Origin: Eledone cirrhosa | Lineage: Eukaryota | Direction of reading: 5' to 3' | Length of the DNA: 64,000 nucleotides | Assembly (NCBI GenBank): GCA_964016885.1 | Contig: OZ024745.1 | Location: forward strand, 128,030,001 to 128,094,000 | In this document: positions 54,817 through 64,000 of the stretch, piece by piece | Position numbering within the stretch: position 1 is the stretch's first letter | How the letters are laid out: each line of letters opens with the position of its first letter | The notes under the pieces: generated by a model | Databases searched by the model: none | What the model saw: only the letters and a program-made list of their open reading frames with translations | Told to the model about the DNA's origin: nothing | Translations under genes and position numbers: made by a program

Positions 54817-55128
54817 CCATCTGTTTCTCATCATTGTAACTATTTCAAATATAAATCTTTGCTTTGTCCATAAGAGGCTAATAGATTATATTAGTGCCAC
54901 TTTGTGGTTGTAAGATCTAACACATATCTACTAGAAACGAAATCACAATACATTTAACATGATGTTATGTGTGTTTATATAGAGAGTGAGAGGTATCTAC
55001 ATGGTTTACTTGACATGGCACCGGACCAAGTGTTAGCTAACATAATCTCGGGCTGCTTTTAAATGAAATGCAACAAGAGTAGATTGAACGATAGTCAGTC
55101 GCAAATACATATACATTCAAGCACACAC

Positions 55129-55174
<46 letters not shown>

Positions 55175-55175
<1 letters not shown>

Positions 55176-55410
55176 ACAAAGAACAGAGAGGGTGTGGTAA
55201 GATACCAGGTGGACCATAACGCACCAGAGTACTCAATACTTAGGGTAGTAGAGTGGGTAATAGGAAAAGAGTCAGGACCCCGACGGCTGAGCTCCGGCCG
55301 TTTCGACAGCTAGATCCGAACTCTTATATATATACAAACTCTGAGTTCAGATATAGCTTAGCTGTCGAAAGAGTCGGATCTCATCCGTCGGGACCATGAC
55401 CCCTTTCCTA
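55175..55410 (-). mobile_element. Family A pLTR-like fold-back element with diverged short arm
   Basis: Tail and long arm nearly identical to 28443-28647; second arm imperfect. Confidence 0.7.
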
Positions 55411-55418
55411 TATATTTA

Positions 55419-55455
<37 letters not shown>

Positions 55456-55519
55456 TTTTTTCCGTTGTGTTGTAATATAAATATTATTCCTTTCAACTAA
55501 ACTGTATCCATTCAAATCT

Positions 55520-55634
<115 letters not shown>

Positions 55635-55776
55635 GAGTTTATGTTGGTTGTATACCAACACCTCAGTATGCAGGCTGGAACACTCGACGGAGTGCGCAGG
55701 TTGGTTTGGTTACTCGGGAGTAGTGTAAAATAAAGTTAAATAAAAGTCAAATGATTAAAATTTAGCTTCGTTTATT

Positions 55777-55831
55777 ACTGTTATATATATTTCAGTGACA
55801 GCCATCTTTGGCTGTGACCTCTTCAGGCAGT
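55777..55831 (-). ncRNA. Type I hammerhead ribozyme
   Basis: Minus: actgc-CTGAAGA-ggtcacagccaaagatggctgtcact-GAAA-tatata-TA-acagt. Within a repeat (55755-55945) homologous to 32420-32630. Confidence 0.75.
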
Positions 55832-55957
55832 TTGAATTAGTATGGTATAGACAAGTACATATGTTGTTTAGGTGTATGATATTGTCAATACTCTGATATG
55901 CCCAGTTCCTTGTTGGGTTGTTATTTCACTGAGGAACTGGAGTCATATGCTATGGAG

Positions 55958-56023
<66 letters not shown>

Positions 56024-56184
56024 AGTTGACGGACCCAGCATATTTATCAATGCCAGGACCGGTTGTATCTCAGCGTACTCAATAGGTAATGTAGGTAGTA
56101 TACATATAGTTATTCGCTTCAATACAACACACGTAAACGGGTGCCTGTGGTAGTTCCCGGACTCGAGTTTCGGCCACACTTAAT

Positions 56185-56330
56185 GCAGCAGGAAGTGTGG
56201 TAAGGAACCAGATGGACCATAACGCACCAGAGTACTCAATACTTAGGGCAGTAGAGTGGGTAATAGGAAAATGTTCAAGACCACGACGTCCAAACGGCTT
56301 GATCTCTGCCGTCGGGGTCTTGAACATTTT

Positions 56331-56335
<5 letters not shown>
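56185..56335 (-). mobile_element. Family A element with collapsed palindrome centre
   Basis: Standard tail with shortened arms. Similar collapsed copies at 33148-33224 and 57030-57140. Confidence 0.7.
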
Positions 56336-56364
<29 letters not shown>

Positions 56365-56419
56365 TCGTTTCTGAATTTGTTTAGCAAGATTCTTTATCTG
56401 AAAACGTGTGTTGAAACCG

Positions 56420-57017
56420 ATATTGTTATGCTTTGGGAGGGTCATGTTGCCAATAAGAAACACACGCACCAGTTGCTTTCACTCCAATTTATTATGAATT
56501 AAATTATAAATTTAAAAAAATTTATAAATTTCCGGTTGGTTGGTTGGTTCCACAACCGGGCGGTTGTTCATATATTGTCAAAGTTCTTTCGTCACACATT
56601 ATGTGACCTCATCAGTGACCGGGGATTCTTTTCTTTGTTTTGTGCCTCTCCTTTGTTCTAACTAGTTACATGTAAATAAACAAATAAATAAACAAATAAA
56701 AACACACTCAGACACTCGGATGTAACACATGCGCAAACTAAGCACACAACACACACAAACACAAGATGGCGTAGGACAGAACAAAGGAGAGGCACAAAAC
56801 AAAGAAAGGAATCCCTGTTCACTGATGAGGTTGCAGAATGTGTGGCGAAAGAACTTTGACAATATATGAACAACCGTCCGGTTGTGGAACCAACCAACCA
56901 ACCGAAAATTTATAAAAAAATTTAAATTTATAATTTACTTTATAATAAATTGGAGTGAAAGCAGCTGGTGCGTGTGTTTCTTATTGGCAACATGACCCTC
57001 CCAAAGTATAACAATAT
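56420..57017. mobile_element. Inverted pair of ~240-bp pLTR-like arms, each with a hammerhead core
   Basis: 56420-56659 is the reverse complement of 56778-57017. Cores at 56565-56621 (-) and 56816-56872 (+): tgttca-CTGATGA-..-GAAA-gaactttgacaata-TA-tgaaca. Confidence 0.8.
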
Positions 57018-57190
57018 ATATATATATATATGTTTGACCCCGACGGCAGAACTCAAGCCGTTTCGACGGCTATTTCTGGACTGTATTGAGTACTCTGGTG
57101 CGTTTTGGTCCATCTGGTTCCTTACCACTCTTCCTTCGGTTGCAACGTTTTTTGAAATATTTACTTCTGCGTTCACAGATTGATTTTTTT

Positions 57191-57241
57191 AGTTTCAGAA
57201 GATCCCGTTAAGGGTGAAAGCAGCGATTCTTTGCTTAAACT
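57191..57241 (+). ncRNA. Hammerhead-like motif with CAGAAGA core
   Basis: Identical to 2739-2791. Confidence 0.55.
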
Positions 57242-57261
57242 TTAATCTGTTATTTTAATAA

Positions 57262-57294
<33 letters not shown>

Positions 57295-57517
57295 TATATG
57301 GGAGTTGAGGAACGTTCCGTTGAGAAAGAACGCGGTGTATTAACTATTATAGGGTATTCATGTGGTGTGAGATTAATACGATAGGAGAGAAGGCAATGGA
57401 TGCTTAAGCATGACTGCAATTGAATGGTTAGAACCAGTAAAGAATATAATAATGAAGTACTGAGTACCTTATTGACTATGTCTTGGTCCTACAATCAAGC
57501 GCAGCGCCATTTGTTTG

Positions 57518-57567
<50 letters not shown>

Positions 57568-57728
57568 CTATATACAAATTTATGTATTCACTCTTTATTT
57601 TATATATTTATGTACGCCTGAAGGAATATGGTGTATGCTGTTTTGATGATATACGTGTACATGGGTATTTGAATACAAATATATTCTACACGCATATTAA
57701 TTTTCGTTGTTGTTATTTTGATTGAGTG

Positions 57729-57930
57729 TATGTGTGTGTATATATGTGTGTATTTCTGTATGTATAAATACATGTATCCACACACATACACATAGACACA
57801 AACACATTGCTCCCCTCCCATATATATATATATATATGGGAGGGGAGCAATGTGTTTGTGTCTATGTGTATGTGTGTGGATACATGTATTTATACATACA
57901 GAAATACACACATATATACACACATATATA
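57729..57930. repeat. ~200-bp apparently perfect palindrome centred on (TA)n
   Basis: ...acacattgctcccctccc(at)n gggaggggagcaatgtgt...; no mismatch seen. Confidence 0.9.
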
Positions 57931-58101
57931 TATATATATGTGTGTGTGTGTGTATTTGTGTGTGTGTGTGTTTGTGTGCGTGTGTGTGTATTTCTGTTTG
58001 TATGAAAAGATGTTTCCACACACATACATATTTACACATACACACAGACACATTAACCCCTCTCCCCATACACATACACACAAACACACACACACACATA
58101 C

Positions 58102-58133
<32 letters not shown>

Positions 58134-58700
58134 AATATTTATGTATATTTACATAGAAGACTTTTTTTGTATAAATAGACTTTTTGTATCTAAATGATAA
58201 TATATATTTATATGTGCGAAAAATATAGACGGCCTATGTGAGTGTATATATCTGCGTGAATATCTGAAGATTATTGTGTATTTGTAGGTGAGAAGGGAAG
58301 GGAGTCACCACTTGATCGTCTGCTTATGAAAAAGAAAGGATACAAAGAAATTATACAGGGACACTAAAACGAAATAAGAACGATGTCATTCTATGAGAGT
58401 CTATACTGTTTACAAGATTCTAGCACAAAAGATCGCTAGTTGAAAAGGGAGATTATTAACTAGAGTGAAATAATAACCTCCAGTATTTACCTTCAGAGAA
58501 CTAAATATGTGAAGATAGAGGTCAGAATGAGAAATAGTGAAATAATAACAGAGACAATATTTGGGAAACTGTAGAGAAACAGTGGTGGTGTTGGTGGAGG
58601 TGGAGGTGGTGGTGGTAGTGGTGGTGGCGGTGGTGGTGGTGATGGTGGTGTTGTGAAGAATTAGTTAGAGGTATGAAATCCAGTATATCTCACGACGTGC

Positions 58701-58745
<45 letters not shown>

Positions 58746-59284
58746 TATACACTTGGGGAGGGTCATATTGTTGTAATAATATTGCCGGAAATAATAACAG
58801 AACACACTCACTCTTTGGTTGGTTTTCGCTTCTGTATCTTTTATATCTCCATAGTTAATTCATTTGGGCCTCAATGTTTATCATTGACTGACCAACGGTC
58901 AAACATACAGATATAATATAGATATAAACACATACATAGTCTAACAATGTTCTTTCGTTGCACACTTTTACACACATGTATGTATATATGAGTGTGTATT
59001 TTGGCATCCCTGTTTATTTTGTTTTATTTATCAACTACACAACACACACACACACACGCACACACACACACACATATATATAATAAATAAAAATAAGTGT
59101 ACATGCACGTATACGCCCGCAGACACTCACAAATACGCGCATGCATATATACACACACACATGCAGACATATGAGTGCATCTATATATGGTGGTACCTTT
59201 GTATATTCATACATCAATACCTCTACGCTGACATATTGATAATTCTGTAAAGGAATATGTACCGACATAAATCTCTCTCTCTCC

Positions 59285-59347
<63 letters not shown>

Positions 59348-59414
59348 TCTCCCCCCTCTCCCTCTCTATCTCTCTGTCATACACACACATAAACTCTCCC
59401 GCTCTCAATCCATT

Positions 59415-59491
<77 letters not shown>

Positions 59492-59639
59492 CTGTATTGA
59501 AGAAATAGACGTATGTCATATAAGTTTGGGATATTTAAGGTGGGAGATTTTTTTCAATTGATAGTTGTTCAATTATATCACAGAGTTTACCTCCTTGGGG
59601 AGCGTCTCAGCTGGATAGAGATATGGTAATACAAATGGC

Positions 59640-59896
59640 AATGGATAATAGAAAATATTAACCTAAGTAAACATAAGAGAATAGCCGAACTCCTACTGTC
59701 ATCGCCCCCATCTCTCCGTATAGTGAGCAAATGGGGTCCCACGCGTTGGCCTCCCTCACAGCCCCGGCGGACAGAATGGAGAAGGCGTTTCCCCGGAGGA
59801 TGGTAAGGGAGATATGCTGGAAGAGCCATTCCAACTCGCGAGGCTCACACCTGCGGCTGGCCAACTCAGCGTCTATGGTGGTAAGTAGGGAGGTAA
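59640..59896 (-). mobile_element. CRE-clade retrotransposon 3' end
   Basis: LASRRCEPRELEWLFQHISLTILRGNAFSIL matches the CRE C-terminal L.Q..S....RGNA motif. Confidence 0.7.
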
Positions 59897-60457
59897 TTAT
59901 AGTTCAGAAGACAGAACCACTTAGCAACTAGCAGACCTCCTAAAGAACCCAATCAGACCAATGGAGACTAATGAGAGTCGGCACAACTAAATTCTCGTCT
60001 CCATGCTCACCTACCTGTGTCAGGAATGGACTCTGAACAAAACCCCTGGAGCGAAAGCTTAAAATATGTGTGACGATTCGTTGAACAGTTCATGTGTAGC
60101 TGACAAACCCAGCTGGGAGTTAATCAGAAGGAAGAATACAGTCATATAGTTGCTGCTATACGGTCCATATATAAACAACAATAATAAAATAGTTTAAACA
60201 CTTGATAAGAAGGCCAGTTGATTAACCCGGTGTGAATTGACTGAGTTGCAGATACGTTCGTGACCCACAGCATGACTCTACTACAGGCCTCTCGTCCTTT
60301 TTATCTCAAACGCCTGGAGAAAACCAATAGAGAAACAAAGATAAAGCCTATATAAATTTAGTTACGTATGTTAGCAATAGTGATATTTATAAGGATATGT
60401 ATTAAATACTTATTATTCTACATGTATTGTGAGCTTTCTGGCTTAAGACAGACTTTA

Positions 60458-60538
<81 letters not shown>

Positions 60539-60574
60539 GGTATTAGGATTGGTGCTCTGAAATAGCGAAGTATA

Positions 60575-60868
60575 CATGTATGTATAGTATATTTGGCAAT
60601 ATACTGTATGTTTAATTAAAAACATTTAGAAGACCTTACGCTATCGGTTTTAAAGTAGTGACTATGTCACTTACTTCTTTTCGGCGAAAGAAGGGAGAGA
60701 AGCTAACAGTCTGTTTCACGCTGGCTGGCGATCATCAGAGCCACATACCCCCTGCTTCCTCCTAGAAGAAGTAAGTGACATAGTCACTACTTTAAAACCT
60801 ATACCGTATAGTCTTCTAAATGTTTTTAATTAAACATACAGTATATTGCCAAATATACTATACATACA
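60575..60868. mobile_element. Inverted ~100-bp arms enclosing a hammerhead
   Basis: 60578-60679 is the reverse complement of 60767-60868. HHR at 60701-60742. Confidence 0.7.
60701..60742 (-). ncRNA. Minimal type I hammerhead ribozyme
   Basis: Minus: ggct-CTGATGA-tcgccagccagcgt-GAAA-cagactg-TT-agct. Near-palindromic stem III. Confidence 0.65.
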
Positions 60869-60927
<59 letters not shown>

Positions 60928-60935
<8 letters not shown>

Positions 60936-61174
60936 AGGTAAATATCTCTCTGAGTACTAAGTACCCATAGAGTTATATAGTGTGTCTATAATATAATTGG
61001 TGTTCAATGGTACTAATTCGAGATACCAGAACTATAAAACATAAGAAGAGCAGAAGAAACAAACATTAAACAATTCTTTTAAACAATTTTAAAAATGAAC
61101 ACCAATTATATTATAGACACGCTATGTATCTCTATGGGTACTTAGTACTCAGAGAGATATTTACCTCATTTTAT
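60928..61174. repeat. Inverted repeat, ~78-bp arms with ~90-bp spacer, abutting (TA)n
   Basis: ataaaatgaggtaaatatctctctgagtactaagtaccc...ggtgttca and its reverse complement. Carries the GAGTAC tail motif. Confidence 0.85.
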
Positions 61175-62039
61175 GAATTCTCCAATCTATGTTGAGAAAA
61201 AAATACGTTGCTGCTTACTGCTATTTTTTTTAGCAGAATAGCCATCAACGCGTCTGTAATATTTCCCGCTTTTTCTAGTGGCCAGTTCATGTGTGGGTCA
61301 TTCTAACGGCCTTACTCACACTATCTGGTTGGCAATATATTTGCAGACTGTGGGACTAGTTTCCTACCGTATGGAAATAGCTATCTGATGAACTTTACTT
61401 TTCCGTTAGAAATTCTCCGAATCACTAACCTTTTGTAAAGCGAAACTGCCGGTAATAGCATTATGAACGGGTAAATATTTAAATCATTTTTTAAATTTTT
61501 TGCAGACTGTATGTGTGTATGTATGTGTGTATGTATGTATGCATGCATGCACATGTATGTGTATATATGTATGTATGTATGTGTGTATGTATGCTTGTAT
61601 GTATATATATATGTATATATGCTTGTGGGTGTGTTAATGTGTATGCGTTTCAATGTGTATTAATGACACCTTATAAATCAATATAATTCGTAGAATTGTG
61701 CCTCTTAGTGTACGTGCAAAAATATGTAACACATGCATGGATGTGACATAGATAAATATAATACATATGTATCTTAAAATAACAGTGTCTTATATACGGA
61801 ATGTTTCAAATCAATAGTAAGAATGTGTGTCAACTCCGAATTGCTATGGACCGCCATGTTGAAACAATACTACAATTTAATCAAACATAAATATAACGTA
61901 ACATTAAAGTACATAAAAAAGACTGTTTCGTGATATAAGCAAACATTAATGTAGATTAGAATGTAAAGCATATTGATGTAACACCTTTGAATAATTATAT
62001 GAAATAATTTATACCTGCTTAGGTGTATATTGTTTCTAT

Positions 62040-62325
62040 GGGATTTGAACTCAGACCGTAAAGGGACGTAACTATTCTAGAAAGCATGGCGTCCGATCCT
62101 CTACCGAGACTGCCAATCCCCCTTGGTTGTATAAATAATTGTTTCTACTATTGGCACAAGGCCAGCAATTACCCAGTACATTACTGGTACTTTATTTTAT
62201 CGACCCCGTAAGGATGAAAGGCAAAGTTAACCTCGGCGGGATTTGAACTAAGAATGGCAAGGGCCGTAACTCTATGCGTCAAAGCACGGCGCCCGACCCT
62301 CTACCGATACTGCCAATTCACCGTA
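62040..62325 (-). mobile_element. tRNA-SINE, 1.5 units
   Basis: Head fragment plus a full copy. Confidence 0.85.
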
Positions 62326-62807
62326 TAAATAATGGATATAAAACATGCATATCTTAAAATTACAGATTTTAGCACTAAGTAATATATAAGTAATAACTTT
62401 GATAGGTGTTGGCTAATATTGGCCAAGACAATGCCTAACTTAATAGCACCACCTGGCGAAGTCTTTCAAATCAAGATTCGGACCTCATGGATTACTCAAG
62501 CAGAGAGTTAGTGTTTACGGAGACATATCCGGGTGTAGGAGGTTTATCAGGGTTTTCTTCGAGGAAATTGTTAAAAGAAGGTTTTATTTTATGCATGTCG
62601 CAACTGTAATGTTATCTAATATACAAACTTATCATCTACAGGTTTTAGCAATATCAGTAATATGTGTGTAAACAACATGATGTTACAAAAACATGTTGTA
62701 TGTCACAACTGTATTTTTATCTAATCTACAAGCTTATCTTTTGCAGTTTGGGTAATATCAGTAATATGTATGCATGTATGTAAAATGTATATATATTCTC
62801 TAATAAT

Positions 62808-63272
62808 AATTTCTACTTTAGGCACAAGGCCAGCAATTATCACAGTGCATTACTGGTACTTTATTTTATCGACCCCGTAAGGATGAAAGCCAAAGTTAAC
62901 CTCGGCGGGATTTGAACTCAGATCATAAAGGTCCATAACTCTATGCTGCAAACCATAGCGTCCGACCCTCTACCGATACCACCATTCCACCGCCCTCAAA
63001 TAATTGTTTCTACTTTAGGCACAAGGCCAGCAATTACCCAGTGCGTGACTGGTACTTTATTTTATCGACCCCGTAAGGATGAAAGGCAAAGTCAACCTCG
63101 GCGTGATTTGAACTCAGATCGTAAAGGGATGTAACTATGCTGGAAAGCATGGCGTCCGACCCTCTACCGATACTGCCAATCCACCGCCCTCAAATAATTG
63201 TTTCTACTTTAGGCACAAGGCCAGCAATTACCCAGTGCATTACTGGTACTTTATTTTATCGCCCTCAAATAA
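62808..63272 (-). mobile_element. Head-to-tail tRNA-SINE array (~2.3 units, ~195-bp period)
   Basis: Units joined by the same junction ccaccgccctcaaataattgtttctac. Confidence 0.9.
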
Positions 63273-63469
63273 TAGTAGTAAGATACATATCTTAAAATAA
63301 CAATAACTTCTACTTGGTTATATCATACGAAAATGGATTAAAGTAGTAATGTGTATTACTGTAGAATGTAGTGACCTCTAGCGGATACAAATCCAAAATC
63401 GTAGAGTAAGTTGATCAGTACTTTATCCAATAAGACATTCACCTTCCAGGGATATTTCAAGATGCATTA

Positions 63470-63960
63470 TGCAATATAATCATCCCCATCTCTCTCTGTG
63501 GAGTATAGGCCATTAACGACCCTCCACCATCGTACAGGATCCTGGGCTGCTCTCTCCACTCCACTCCAGTTGGCTTCCAGTTTTCTTAATTCAGCCTCCG
63601 TGTCACGCCTCCAGCTGCCGTGGGCCCAGCCTCTCTTTCTCTTACCCTGTGGCTTCCAAGTCAGAGCTTTGCTTGTGTAGTTGGATTCTGGCTTCCTGAA
63701 GGTATGTCCAATCCAGCTCAAATTCCTCCGCAGAAACTGCATTGCGACTGGTTCCTGTCCCGCTCTCTTCCATAGATCCTAGTTTCTGATCTTCTCCGGT
63801 CAGATGCTCCTCAGACGTGTTGAAGAATGTCTGGATCTTCTGCTGCATCTTCTTTGTTGTCCTCCAAGTTTTACATCTGTAAAGTAGTACCGCCTTCATG
63901 ATGGAGATGCCCAGACGTTCTTTAGCATGATGAAATCTGTCCCTGCTTTGCAAATCCTGG
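63470..63960 (-). mobile_element. RTE-clade LINE RT C-terminus, decayed
   Basis: KAVLLY.CKTWRTTKKMQQKIQTFFN...LSWIGHTFRKPESNYTSKALTWKPQGKRKRG...WRRDTEAE..AQDPVRW, with frameshifts. Confidence 0.85.
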
Positions 63961-64000
63961 TTGCGTCGTCTCAGTCGATTTCACCAGGTCGATCAACCAC

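Noticed and set aside
61378-61430. CTGATGA...GAAA-ttctccgaa-TC hammerhead candidate
   Set aside because: Stem III forms but stems I and II do not; at best a decayed remnant.

Overview
Eukaryotic, AT-rich, gene-poor window with dense (TA)n/(CA)n/(TACA)n/(GA)n microsatellites and transposon debris. The SINE and microsatellite landscape looks like an octopus/cephalopod genome (inference from pattern recognition, no database search). Most of the supplied ORFs are microsatellite translations and no intact host gene can be supported. Recognisable elements: a young RTE-clade LINE whose 5' part is inverted, R4/Dong-, L1/Tx1-, CRE- and Rex3-like LINE fragments, many tRNA-derived SINEs, a ~600-bp RTE-related non-autonomous element in (ATGT)n, Helitron, hAT and piggyBac non-autonomous elements, and a few possible decayed host exons. 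The most striking signal is non-coding. About a dozen sequence-diverse type I hammerhead ribozyme (HHR) cores, intact or near-intact, sit in short Penelope-pseudo-LTR-like or retrozyme-like units, mostly in or beside (TA)n tracts. Several families form stereotyped fold-back palindromes whose short arm stops at a fixed point next to the (TA)n. All structures were paired by eye and coordinates of degenerate elements are approximate.
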